Shown one piece after another: positions 1 to 12,498 of a stretch of DNA of 64,000 bases. Where the stretch lies: positions 24,118,001-24,182,000 of the forward strand of contig CM059437.1 of assembly GCA_030390025.1 (NCBI GenBank), read 5' to 3'. The number at the start of each line of letters is the position of its first letter. Positions within the stretch are counted from its first letter, which is position 1. A program made the translations under genes and the position numbers. The DNA is from Squalus acanthias. Lineage: Eukaryota. The notes below the pieces were generated by a model, which saw only the letters and a list, made by a program, of their open reading frames with translations, had not been told where the DNA came from and searched no databases.

Positions 1-395
1 TTCCATTATTTGAAGGGGCTGCTCCTCGATTTCTGGCTGCACTTCAGTCCCACGCTCCTGATCTTTGGTCACCTGGTGCGGAGGGGAGCGGGCAGATCGG
101 AAGACCTCCTGGTAGGACTACTCCTGGCCAAGGTCCAGGCAGTGGGCAGTCGAGGGGGTCGTTCGGCCCGACTGTCTGCCTCTCTTCCACGGCCATGTTC
201 GCGCCCGGGTGGACCTGGAGATGGAGCACGCGGTGTCCGCTGGCACGCTCGAGGCCTTCCGCGACCGGTGGCCACTTCAGGGACTGGAGTGCATTATCAC
301 CCCCGCTAATGGAATTTTAATTTAATTTATTAAGTTTCCTTTAATGTATTTTTGTTAATTTACAGTTTATTTGTTCGTACCCAAAAAGAGTACAC
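1..395 (+). mobile_element. Tx1-clade (L1 group) non-LTR retrotransposon, 3' end, copy 1
   Basis: ORF2-like C-terminus ...LFHGHVRARVDLEMEHAVSAGTLEAFRDRWPLQGLECIITPANGILI* (TAA 323-325; small deletion/frameshift near 131), AT-rich 3' UTR ending aaaaagagtacac. Clade assigned by recognition. Confidence 0.7.
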
Positions 396-404
396 CCAAT
401 GAAG

Positions 405-526
405 GCAGGGACTGGAGTGCATCATCACCCTGGCCAACCAAATTTTAATTTAAGTTGTTAAGTTTTCTTTAAAATGGTTTTTTTAGTACAGTTTATTTGT
501 TTATAGTGTGCACCAAAAGAGTACAC
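405..526 (+). mobile_element. Tx1-clade 5'-truncated copy 2
   Basis: Diverged repeat of copy 1 terminus: QGLECIITLANQILI* plus 3' UTR ending aaaagagtacac; flanked by ccaatgaag at 396-404 and 527-535. Confidence 0.7.
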
Positions 527-916
527 CCAATGAAGTACTTTTTGAAGTGTAGTAACTGTTGTAATGTCGGAAACGCGGCAGCCAATTTGCGCACAGCAAG
601 CTCCCACAAACAGCAGTGATAATGACCAAATAATCTGTTCTAGATGTTGATTGAGAGATAAACATTGGCTAGGACAGCGGGGATAACTCCCCTACTCTTC
701 TTCGAAATAGTGCCACAGGATCTTTTACATCCACCTGAGAGAGCAGACGGGGCCTCGGTTTAACATCTCATCTGAAAGACGACACCTTCGACAGTGCAGC
801 ACTCCCTCACTACTGCACTGGAGCATCAGCCTAGATTTTTGTGCTCAAGTCTTTGGAGTGGGACTTAAACCCACAACCTTCTGACTCAGAGGCGAGAGTG
901 CTACCAACTGAGCCAC
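527..916 (-). mobile_element. tRNA-headed DeuSINE (SacSINE1-like), 3' tail cut off by the Tx1 insertion
   Basis: Minus strand: gtggctcagttggtagcact...ggtttaagtccc head (A/B boxes) and Deu domain (gatgtaaaagatcc...ggcactatttcgaagaagag); collinear with the full copy at 46453-46919. Confidence 0.85.
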
Positions 917-1340
917 CAGGAGAATTAGCTGGATGTTGTGATGGGACCACTCACTGCAAGTTTCTTCTGGTTGAATGTTAAGATGGGCTCCATGGTCTTG
1001 CTCTTCTGTAGTTATCTTGTGGCTTAGAGGGCCTCTGCCTTTGTTCATTTGTGAAGCACAGGACACAATTGGCGTGGGTTATTCCCCACCCACCTTAGGG
1101 AACACTATTTGCAACTAGCTCATCTTAGGAAATCTTGAAATTTTCAAGATGTGCTGCTGGTTGGTGGAATCAGTGACTAAATGTTTAATTGTGTTCTTTC
1201 TAGGTGTTGTTGATTGTATCAGAATTCTTGGGATTGTCTTGGTACACTATGGACGAATTGTATAGTTGATTACTTAGAAACAGAGTGACTGTTATGCAGG
1301 CCGGTGGGTTTCAAACTTTTCTCTATGGAGAACCTACTGC

Positions 1341-1948
1341 AAACAACAACTTGCCTTTATACCGCACCTTCAACATAGTAAAATGTCCCAAGGCGCTTCA
1401 CAAGAGCGTTAGCAATCAAAATTTGACAGAGCCACAGAGGAGATATCAGGACAGATGACCAAAAGCTTGATCAAAGAGGTAGGTTTTAAGGAGCATCTTA
1501 AAGGAGGAGAAGTGGAGAGGTTTAGGGAGGGCGTTCCAGAACCTGCAGCCGAAGGCATTGCTGCCAATGGTGGAACGATTAAACTCGGGGCTGCGCAAGA
1601 GGCCAGAATTGGAGAACCGCAGAGATCTCAGAGGGTTGTAGGGCTGGAGGAGGTTACAGAACTGGAGAGAGGCGAAGCCCTGGAGGGATTTGAAGACAAG
1701 GACGAGAATTTTAAAATTGAGGCGTTGCGGGACCAGGAGCCAGTGTAGGTCAGCGAGCAAAGGGGTGATGGGCGAACGGGACTTGGTGCAAGTTCAGAGA
1801 GGGGCAGCAGAGTTTTGGATGCCCACAGGTTTATGTAAGGTGGAAGATGGGAGGCCGACCAGGAGAGCATTGGAATCATCGAGTCTAGAGGTAACAAAGG
1901 CATAGATGAGGGTTTCAACAGCAGATGAGCTGAGGCAGGGGTGGAGAC
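1341..1948 (-). mobile_element. L2 LINE 3' part (resumes at about 5558-5616)
   Basis: ORF remnant LADLHWLLVPQRLNFKILVL, typical of the L2 C-terminus; tail ...ataaaggcaagttgttgtt; continuation after the nested CR1 matches the other L2 copies (e.g. 31020-31070). Confidence 0.85.
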
Positions 1949-2554
1949 ATAGAAACATAGAAAAATAGGAGCTGGAGTAGGCCATTCGGTCCTTCGAGCC
2001 TGCTCCGCCATTCAATATCATGGCTGATCCTCTATCTCAATACCATATTCCCGCTCTCTCCCCATACCTCTTGTGTATAGAAATCTATCTATCTCCTTCT
2101 TAAATATATTCAGTGACTTGGCCTCCACAGCCTTCTGTGGTAGAGAATTCCACAGGTTCACCACCCTCTGAGTGAAGAAATTTCTCCTCATCTCAGTCCT
2201 AAATGTCCTACCCCGTATCCTGAGACTGTGATCCCTCATTCTAGACTCCCCAGCCAGGGGAAACATCCTCCCTGCATCCAGTCTGTCTAGCCCGGTCAGA
2301 ATTTTATACGTTTCAATGAGATCCCCTCTCATTCTTCTAAACTCTCGTGAATACAGGCCTAGTCGACCCAATCTCTCCGCATACGACAGTCCTGCCATCC
2401 CAGGAATCAGTCTGGTGAACCTTCGCTGCACTCCCTCTATGGCAAGTATATCCTTTCTTAGGTAAGGAGACCAAAACTGCACACAATACTCCAGGTGTGG
2501 TCTCACCAAGGCCCTGTATAACTGTAGTAAGACATCCTTGCTCCTGTACTCAAA
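1949..2554 (-). mobile_element. CR1 LINE 3' part (continues at 5353-5557)
   Basis: LYRALVRPHLEYCVQFWSP...RRNFFTQRVVNLWNSLP and (ctatgttt)n tail; split by a Penelope insertion. Confidence 0.9.
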
Positions 2555-5352
2555 CTCTCGACATCTCTCTTCAGCAGCACCGACGCACTCTATCTCAAAG
2601 CTGTCCGGGTCCACATTTCCATTTCATCCTTAGACTCATCCGACGCTTCAACAAAAAACGTTTCTTCTTCCTTTCCGATGTCAAGGATCGCAAGCTTCAA
2701 CAACTCTCGGACACTAACGCCCCTCCGGAACCTTCTTCCCTTTCACTTTCCTCTGACCCCCCTTCTCCCAATCTCACCCCCTGCCGCGTTTTCACTATCC
2801 CCTCTGACCTTCCCCTCTCTGACTCCGAACGATCAGTCCTCAGCAAAGGCCTGAGCTTCATCCCCTTACGCCCCCATCTCAATGAATTTCGAGCTCGGCA
2901 CGATGCTGAGCTCTTTTTCCGCCGCCTCCGTCTCCGTGCCCACTTCTCTGGCCAGGAGTCTTGCCCCCGCACGGCTGACCCTTTCTCCCGCTTTCAGAAT
3001 TCTCGTTCCACCTGGACCCCTCCCTCTGGCCTCTTACCCTCTCTAGATCTTTTCATTGCTAACTGCCGCCGTGACATCGCCCAGCTCAATTTCTCTGCTC
3101 CCCTCACTCACTCCAACCTACCTCCCTCTGAACTTGCAGCACTCCATTCTCTCCGATCCAACCCTGACATTGTCATTAAACCTGCTGACAAGGGTGGTGC
3201 TGTTGTTGTTTGGTGAACCGACCTCTACCTAGCGGAAGTTGAACGCCAACTCTCCGACACCTCCTCCTACCTCCACCTGGACCATGACCCCACTACGGAA
3301 CATCAAGCCACCGTGTCCAAGACTGTCACTGACCTCATCTCCTCTGGAGATCTTCCCCCCACGGCCGCCAACCTCATAGTTCCCCAACCCCGCACAGCCC
3401 GCTTCTACCTCCTTCCCAAGATCCACAAACAGGACTGCCCTGGTAGACCCATCGTTTCAGCCTGTTCTTGCCCCACGGAACTTATCTCTTCCTATCTCGA
3501 CTCTATTTTTTCTCCCCTTGTCCAGTCTCTTCCCACCTACATCTGTGACTCTTCCGACGCCCTCCGCCATTTTAACAGTTTCCAGTTTCCCGGCCCCAAC
3601 CGTCTCCTCTTCACTATGGACGTACAATCCCTCTACACCTCCATTCCCCACCAGGATGGCCTGAGGGCGCTCCGCTTCTTCCTTGAACAGAGGCCCAACC
3701 AGTCCCCATCCACTACCACCCTCCTCCGCCTGGCTGAACTTGTTCTCACATTGAACAACTTCTCCTTTGACTCTACCCATTTCCTCCAAATTAAAAGGTG
3801 TTGCTATGGGTACCCGCATGGGTCCTAGCTATGCCTGCCTTTTCGTGGGATATGTGGAACACTCTTTGTTCCAGTCCTACTCGGGTCCCCTCCCTCACCT
3901 CTTTTTCCGGTACATTGATGACTGTATCGGTGCCGTCTCCTGCTCTCGCCCTGAACTAGAACATTTCATTCACTATGCTTCCAATTTCCACCCTTCCCTC
4001 ACCTTCACATGGTCCATCTCCGACTCTTCCCTTCCCTTCCTCGACTTCTCCATCTCCATCTCTGGGGATAGGTTATTGACTAACATTCACTACAAGCCCA
4101 CTGACTCCCACAGCTACCTGGACTACACTTCCTCCCACCCCGCCTCCTGTAAGGACTCTATTCCATTCTCCCAGTTTCTCCGTCTCCGCCGCATCTGCTC
4201 TGATGATGCCACCTTCCATACCAGTGCTTCCGACATGTCTTCCTTTTTCCTCAACCGAGGATTCCCCTCTACCATGGTCGACACGGCCCTCGACCGTGTC
4301 CGTTCTATCTCCCGCACTTCTGCCCTCACCCCTGCCCCTCCCTCCCGGAACCACGATAGGGTTCCCCTTGTCCTCACCTTTCACCCCACCAGCCTCCACA
4401 TTCAACGGATCATCCTCCGCCATTTCCGTCACCTCCAGCGTGATCCCACCACCAAACGCATCTTCCCCTCACCTCCCCTTTCAGCATTCCGCAGGGACCG
4501 CTCCCTCCGCGACACCCTAGTCCACTCCTCTACCACCCCCAGCACCCCTTCCCCTTCGCCCGGCACCTTCCCGTGCACGTGCAGGAGATGCAACACATGC
4601 CCTTATACCTCCCCTCTTCCCACTGTCCAGGGCCCCAAACACCCCTTCCAGGTGAAACAGCGATTTACTTGTACTTCCTGCAATTTAGTATACTGTATTC
4701 GCTGCTCACGATGTGGTCTCCTCTACATTGGGAGACCAAACGCAGATTGGGTGACCGCTTTGCGGAACACCTCCGTTCAGTCCGTAAGGGGGACCCCGAG
4801 CTCCCGGTGGCCTGTCACTTTAATTCACCGCTTCACTCCCACTCTGACCTCACCGTCCTCGGCCTATTACACTGTTCCACGGAAGCGCAGCGTAAGCGCG
4901 AGGAACAGCACCTCATCTTTCGTTTAGGCACGCTACAGCCCTCTGGACTCAATATCGAGTTCAACAATTTTAGATCATAACCTCAGCTCCAATCACATTT
5001 ATATTTTATTTTTTCATCCACCCTTTTATTTGCCCCCCCCCCCCACTTTTTTTTCCTCCTAGAAGCTGGCAGCTGTCCTTCATTCTGCCAGTGGATTTCA
5101 CACTTCTTTCAGCCTTAATCTGTCACATCAACACCACCTCTTGCCTTGCATATCTCTTAATGTCTCTTAATCTCCCCTTTTGTTCCTTTATCCCCTCCCC
5201 CTTTTCCCAGCTTTATCCTGGCCTTAAATCTATTTGATTTCTGGCTCTTTCCAGTTCTAACGAAAGGTCATCGACCTGAAACGTTAACTCTCTTTCTCTC
5301 TCCACGGATGTTGTCTGGCCTGCTGAGCTTTTCCAGCGTTTTCTGTTGTTAT
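2555..5352 (+). mobile_element. Penelope-like element (Neptune-type), 5'-truncated and disabled
   Basis: KPADKGG; RT motifs [22 protein letters not shown]; Cys-rich linker PCTCRRCNTC; GIY-YIG region NLVYCIRCSRCGLLYIG; ORF end 4980. Stop at 3214-3216 and frameshifts near 3795 and 4730. 13-bp TSD tcctgt(a/c)ctcaaa at 2542-2554 and 5353-5365. Confidence 0.92.
5253..5289 (+). ncRNA. Minimal type I hammerhead-like motif in Penelope pLTR (core mutated, CUAACGA)
   Basis: AGTT-CTAACGA-A-AGGTC-ATC-GACCT-GAAA-CGTT-AACT; G5 is replaced, so likely inactive. Confidence 0.65.
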
Positions 5353-5557
5353 TCCTGTCCTCAAATCCTCTTGCAATGAAGGCCAACATACCATTTGCCT
5401 TCCTAACTGCTTGCTGCACCTGCATGTTTGCTTTCAGTGACTGGTGTACAAGGACACCCAGGTCCCTTTGTACATCTGTACATCAGCATTTCCCAATCTA
5501 TCACTATTTAAATAATACTCTACCTTTCTGTTTTTGCTACTGGAGTGGATAACTTCA
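5353..5557 (-). mobile_element. CR1 LINE, upstream part of the copy at 1949-2554
   Basis: MQVQQAVRKANGMLAFIARGFE joins in register with ...YRSKDVLLQLY across the Penelope TSD. Confidence 0.85.
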
Positions 5558-7692
5558 CAGGCGATGTTACACAGATGGAAGTAGGCAGCCTTGATGATGC
5601 AGCAGATATGGGGTCATATTATCGGGGAATCCATGTCCTAATTTCCAAAAGACATGATCAGCTACCCAAACCACAGTACTTTCATTGTAAAAAGAATGAT
5701 TACTGAGCAACAGAAACAATGTGCCATAAGTCAAGAAACAGTGACATTCAGAAATGTGCTGAAACGGACAAAGATTTGATGAGCTGGTGATGCCTGTGGG
5801 ACACCCTTGCATGCACGGAGGGTCTGGGTGTGCAAGTTTGAATGGCTATGATGAAAGCAAATGCAGTAGCTATTCTGTTCAGAGCAAGACCCCTAAAACG
5901 CAATTAGATGAATGACCAGTGAATCTATTTTCGGTGGTATTGTTCGAGGAGGAATGTTGGCCATGACGCTTGGAGATCTCCCTGTACTGGAGTGTTAGCC
6001 TAGACCGTGAGCTCAAACTCCTGGTATAGGGCTTGAAAGCACAACCGAGCCAAACTGACACACAACAATCCCCTTTACAAGGAACCGTCATTAGGCCAGT
6101 TTCTAGCAGTAAAGGCAACTATTTGACACCTATAGAAATTCCCTGCTATCCGATATAGTACAAGCAGTTTAATGGAGAGAGAGTTCAAAAGGGCGTTCAA
6201 CTCCTCTTTTACCAAAATGTTGCTTCTTGGTAACTTTACATATGCATTGAGAAGCTAAATAAATCACAGTAAAAATTGCAACTTTTGTGCTTTTATAAAA
6301 TATTGTCCATCTCAAAGGATTTTGTTATTCAGTTCAATAATACTGAAACAAACACCATCTTTCTGGGGCTTATTGCTCCCAGTTAGAATGGTCGCATCTG
6401 CTGTAAAGTAGGAACCCAGGTTTGGCCTAGGTTGTAGAGTAAGTTTTAAGCAGGGTTTTCCTATAGTATCTGGGAGCTGTGCAATACAAGGACTTCACCC
6501 ACTACAGATCTGCACTTTTTGACTTTCTACAGAATCTTTTCCATCCAGAGAAATCCTTTATGTTGCAGCAGTTTTCCCTCCCTAATTTTCTCAATTTATT
6601 TGCCCTCCTCTTCTAAAGATATCGAGGCCGATTTTCATCCCTGTTTTCAGGCAGGAATGGAGAGGTAACATGACAAATCACAGTGCAGGACTCTCTGCCC
6701 CGTGCCCATTGATGTCTGGGCCATGGCCATTTTGGTGGACCCTTGAAATAAGCAGCCTCGTAGGAACTCACCAAAAACAGACCAGCCCCCTCATTAGCCC
6801 ACACAAATCAGGGATCTACCATATCAATAGGACTCCAATGCAATTTTCAGATATCAATGTTCCTCCTCATGAAAACTGATCAAGGCCCCTCGCTGGTCAC
6901 CGGGCGGGCAATGGGCCTACCTGATGTCCACCAAGAGTGAAAAATAGCCCCATTGACTCCTTCGTTGGGGTACAAAAGGTTTACTGCCTTTCTACATGAG
7001 CTGGAACATCGTCATACCACCAACAACCGGCAGATGGCGGTGCCCTCCCGTTTATGACTTTCTCAAGGTGGGTGACTACATGGTGATGCTGTTGCTAAAC
7101 GGAACTTCCTGCGATAGGAATAATTGTGAAAATACACATTATAAGCAAATACATAAATCTGTGATTAGATTAATGCTGCCCAGAGAACAATGGACATCAG
7201 CAAGAAATCACCTTCAGTGAGTGAAGTTAAAAAGACAGACATGAAGCACGATTGTCCACCAGCACCACAAGGCTCAGCCTATGGACAATGCAAAAACAGA
7301 TGAAAAAAAGTCTTTGTTTCTTAAAAAAAAAATACTGCAACTATCAGATTTGAAGCAAATGATTGTCCTTCAGGTTAAAAAAGTGACTTCAGATTCTGAC
7401 ATAACTAAGGCAAATGATTAGTTACGACTCGTCATCTCATGACAAATTCTGAACCTACTGTGTGTGCAGCGGGATTTTCTCCCCACATATTGAACATTTT
7501 CAGGGAAATCCCTGGGGCAGTGAAAATGCCAGTTTCCGAACAGAGCTGAGTGATAACAAGTCAGTTGCCCTGATTATAAACACTTCTGAAATCATTTGGT
7601 CAGCAAAGCCAATATTTACATAATTAACCTGGCACATTTCTAATGAGTGGGAAAGTGTTTAGGGACTTGAGCCCACAACCTTCTGACTCAAA

Positions 7693-9192
7693 AAGAATCT
7701 AGGGAAGAGATAGCAGAGGCATTACTACGCATATTTAATAATTCGTTAGAAAAAGGTGTAGTGCCAGAGGACTGGCGGATAGCTAACGCAATACCAATAT
7801 TTAAGAAGGGGGATAGAACATGTCCAGGGACTTATAGACCAGTCAGTTTAACATTGGTGGTAGGAAAAATAATGGAATCTCTACTAAAGGAGAAAATAGA
7901 AGAACATCTAGAAACCAAAAATATAATAATAGTCAGCATGGATTTCAAAAGGGAAAGTCTTGCTTGACCAACCTCATTGAATTTTTTGAAGTGGTAACAG
8001 AGAGTAGACAATGGTAATGCAGTAGATGTAATTTACCTGCATTTTTCATTAAGGTACCCCATAATAGACTGATGAACAAGGTCAGAGAGTGCAGAGTCAG
8101 GGGACAAGTAGCAGAATGGATTGCTGGCTGGCTTCAGGACAGAAAGCAGAGTAGGAGTAAAGGGTAGCTATTCACAGTGGCAGAAGGTGGGTAGTGGTGT
8201 TCCACAAGGATCAGTGCTGGGACCACTGCTGTTCACAATTTACATTAACAATTTAGACTTAGGAATCAAAAACACAATTTCTAAATTTGCAGATGACACC
8301 AAATTGGGGGGATAGTCAATACTGAGGAGGACTGCAACAAATTACAGGAGGACATTAATAAACTTGCAGAATGGACATATAATTGGCAAATGAAGTTCAA
8401 CACAGGTAAATGTGAGATCTTACATTTTGGTAGGAAGAATAGGCAGGTTACATCACTTGGAGGGTGCGAGCCTAGGTGGGGTAGAGGAACAAAGGGATCT
8501 TGGAGTACAAATACACAAATCACTAAAAGTTGTGCCACAGGTTAGCAAGGCCATAAAAAAAGCAAACCAAGCCCTAAGGTTTATTTAGAGAGGTACAGAA
8601 TTGAAAAGTAGGGAAGTTATGCTAAACCTGTATCAAACCTTGATTAGACCACACTTAGAGTACTGCGTACAGTTCTGGTCGCCCTATTATAAAAAGGATA
8701 TAGAGGCACTGGAGAGGGTGCAGAGAAGATTTACAAGGATGATACCAGAAATGCGAGGGTATACGTATCAGGAAAGGATGAACAGGCTGGGTCTCTTTTC
8801 TCTTGAAAAGAGAAGGCTGAGGGGTGACCTAATAGAGGTCTTTAAAATTATGAAAAATTTTGATCGAGTGGATACAGAATGTTTCCACTTGTGGGGAAGA
8901 GCATAACTAGAGGCCATCAAGATAGTCACCAAGAAATCCAATAGGAAATTCATAAGAAACTTCTTTACCCAGTGTTGAGAATGTGGAACTTGCTACCACA
9001 GGGAGTGGTTGAAGCGAATAGTACAGATGCATTTGAGGGGAGGCTAGACAAGCATATGAGGGAGAAGGGAATAGAGGGTTATGCTGATAGAGTTAGATGA
9101 GGAAAGACAGGAGGGAGGCTCGTGGGGAGCATAAACGCTGGCATGGACTGGTTGGGCCGAATGGCCTGTTTCTGTGCCGTATATCCTGTGTA
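7693..9192 (+). mobile_element. CR1 LINE fragment (RT and 3' end)
   Basis: [46 protein letters not shown]; frameshifted. Confidence 0.9.
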
Positions 9193-10721
9193 AAAGGGGA
9201 TTACCATCAACTGAGCTAAATTGACTCATCCACTGCTAAATACATTTTTTGAAATAGAAAGAGGAACTACTTAAAGTGACTGCACATATTGGATATTTTC
9301 TTAGAATTTTATTGATTGTGTGTGTACACTTTGGTACTTGGACAGAATTTCAAATACAGCAATAATTCATGCCACAAAATTGTACTACTGCATGATTTTA
9401 CAATAAACCCCAAAATATACATTTACCTTACATATCAATCATATATATACATAAAATTATGCAGCTTTCACCATCATTCTAAGTTCATAACTGAGAAGAT
9501 ATGACACAATGGGCTTCAGCATAAAGATTTGTGGGACAAAGAAATTAAGTTTATTCATGTATATGTACAACATAATGGTCACTTGGTCTGTTTCAATCTG
9601 GTGCTATAATTGTGCATTTCCTGTTAAGGTGATGATTGAATTATTTTCATCAGTGAATTGGATGAATTTTTGTACCTAGAGTAGCACACTTTTAAAATGA
9701 GGACATTGATAACTTATTAAATATATATATTTATTCTGTGTAATGTGGTTACCCTGCACTGCAGCCTCCTCTACATTGAGCTATAATTTAGCCACACTCC
9801 TCTCATCACTTAATTCGTGTTTTTTTTTTAAAAGAAGCATTCATAAGAATTTTTGTATTCATTTTAAGAAAAATTAAAGCGATTAAGGCTAGTTTCTGGA
9901 TGAAAATATTATCAAAAAGCCTTTTCCAAATTAGTCTATTATTGTTTGTACAGTTCAATCTAAATATTGTGAAGACTGTGTGGCAGCATTTTTTGTTGTA
10001 ATTGTCACTTACCTTTTGGTGGAGAAAAATGCTATAGATATCACTCGGTACTACCGTGATGTACAGCTAAAAGATGCTTCTAAAATAAATACCATGAAAC
10101 TCTCATAAATCAGGAGCTGGTGTCAATTTCATGGTTAAAAGTCAATTAAAAACTAGGAATTATTTTTAAAACTGGGGTAGTTATATTAGGAGAAAAATTA
10201 AAACCTTACTATTGTATCTATCAGATGACACTTCCCTCTGATCCACTGGTCCGAATGTCATGTTGTAACATTGCACAATCTGGCCGACCACAGAAGCCGA
10301 TGTTAGCTTTCCCTCCCCCAACCAATCAAAATAGAATACGTGTTTGTAATTAGCAAAGAGTAAACAAGATCTTTCTATTCCCTTCTGGGCTATGGAGAGT
10401 AGCAAGTTTTGGGGCAATGCTCAGTCTCAAAGCATAGCACACGTACATTTTACTGACTACTATTGTGGGCTGCAGAGCAAAATATGACAAATAGTGTGTT
10501 AGACCAGACAGCTGTACGCTGAGGATTTAATGCAGATTATAGGATATTTCTCTAACCGAGGAGCATTGTAGGATTTATAGTCAACTATGTCAGTTCAGAG
10601 CACTGCAGAAGGCATTAGTTTCCATTGTGAGGTCAGAGCCCACAGGTGTCTGTCCCGACATTAGAGGCCAGCAATCTTTCGCTACTGACCTTGATAACTC
10701 CCCAAGATTCCAGTCATATTT

Positions 10722-11052
10722 AGAAAGAAAACATGCGTGTGTATAGAACCATATCACACCCCAAAGCGTTCTCCAACCATGAATTATTTTTGAAGTGCAG
10801 TAACTGTTGTGGGTAAATGCAGCATCAAATTTGTATGCGGCAAGTTCTCAAAACAATAAATGAGACGAATAACCAGTGAATCTGTTTTTGGTGGTGTTGG
10901 TTGGGGAGAAATGCTGGCTGGAACACCAGGGATCTTTAACATTTACTGGAACAGGCAGATGAAGGCTTGTTATTATAGCTCATCCAAAAGACAGCATTCC
11001 CCCCCAGTACATCACTGAAGCGTAAGCCTAGATTATGTATCAAGTCCTGGAA
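10722..11052 (-). mobile_element. Degenerate DeuSINE
   Basis: Diverged match to the 46453-46919 family (tttttgaagtgcagtaactgttg, gatctttaac, agcctagatt). Confidence 0.6.
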
Positions 11053-11077
11053 TGGCAAACACACCATCAACTTAGAC

Positions 11078-11383
11078 AAATCACAGAATCCCCACAGTGC
11101 AGATAGAGGCCATTTCGGCCCATCGAGCCTGCACCGACACATATCCCACCCTATCCCCACGTATTTAATCCCCCTAACACTAAGGGTCAATTTATCATAG
11201 CCAAATCAACCTAACCCGCACATCTTTGGACTGTGGGAGGAAACCGGAGCACCCGGAGGAAACCCACGCAGACACGGGGAGAATGTGCAAACTCCACACA
11301 GACAGTCACCCGAGGCCGGATTCGAACCCGGGTCCCTGGCGCTGTGAGGCAACAGTGCTAACCACTATGCCACCATGTTGCCC
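11078..11383 (-). mobile_element. HE1 (V-SINE) shark SINE
   Basis: tRNA head ggtggcatagtggttagcact...gggttcgaatcc; V-domain tgtggagtttgcacattctccccgtgtctgcgtgggtttcctccggg; CR1-like tail. Confidence 0.85.
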
Positions 11384-11542
11384 AGATAACACAGATGTTC
11401 AAGCAGGATGAGGTCATCCAAAGCCCTCAACTGGTTTGAGCTTGTGAAGTGTAAATTAGGTCCCAAGACCCAGACTGACTGAATGCAGCAGAACAAGACT
11501 ACCTCCTTCAGGGATTCTCACACTGCTTCTTCTGGTGCTGGC

Positions 11543-11566
11543 GGGGGGGGGGGGGGGGGGGGGGGG
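11543..11566. repeat. poly-G tract (24 nt)
   Basis: Uninterrupted run of 24 G. Confidence 0.95.
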
Positions 11567-11637
11567 AAAGAGGGCCTGATGCTAGATTCAGGCTGCATTT
11601 ACACTATACTTGTGTTGTTGCAAAGGGAAACTACTTT

Positions 11638-12498
11638 CATTTGCAGATGACACCAAATTGGTAGGCATAGTTAACAGAGGACTGCGACAAATAAAAGATG
11701 TTAAACTTACAGATTGGCCGTGTAAATGACACATGAATTTAAATATAGATAAGTGTGTGTTTGTGCAGTTTGGTAGGAGGGATAAGGAGGCCACATATTC
11801 CTTGGAAAACAAGAATCTAAATGGGGTAGAGGCACAAAGGGATCTCAGGGTACAGATACACAAATCAGTTAAAGCAGCAACGCAGGTTAAAGCCATGAAC
11901 ACTGCAAACAAAACACTGGGGTTCATTTCTAGAGGAATAGAATTCAAAAGCAGAGAAGCTATGCTAAACTTATATAGAACCTTGGTTAGACCAAACTTAG
12001 CACTGTGAACAGTTCTGGTCTCCATATTACAAAAAGGTTATCAAAGCTCTAGAGAAAGTGAAAAAAAGATTGACCAGGATGATACCAGAACTGAGAGGAT
12101 ACAACTATCCGACTGAACATGCTGGGGCTCTAAAAGAGAAGACAGAGGTGACCTAACAGAGGTCTTGAAAATTATGATGGAATTCGATAGTGTAGAAGTA
12201 GAGAAGAAGCTTCCACTTATGGGGGAGTTCAAAACTAAGGGCCATGAATATAAGATAGTCACTAATAAATCCAATAAAGAATTCAGGAGTAACCTCTTTA
12301 CTCAGAGTGGTGAGAATATGAAACTCGCTACTATTAGGCGAATAGCATAGATGCTTTTAAGGGAAAGCTAGATAAGTACATGAGGGAGAAAGGAATATGT
12401 CGCTAGGGTGAGATGAAGTAAATAGAGTGGGAGGAGGCTTGTGTGATGCACAAACATAGGTCGAATGGCCTGTTTCTGTGCTATAAATTCTATGTAAT
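11638..12498 (+). mobile_element. CR1 LINE fragment
   Basis: [28 protein letters not shown]; degraded 3' end. Confidence 0.85.

Noticed and set aside
2497-4980. Domesticated or active RT gene
   Set aside because: 5'-truncated, with an in-frame stop and two frameshifts.
9308-9735. RUNDC1 poly(A) signals (minus-strand AATAAA at 9308, 9550, 9730)
   Set aside because: About 6 kb from the stop in AT-rich DNA; cannot be assigned without transcript data.
11543-11566. Functional G-quadruplex at the poly-G tract
   Set aside because: It lies between TE fragments, homopolymer length is error-prone, and nothing supports a function.
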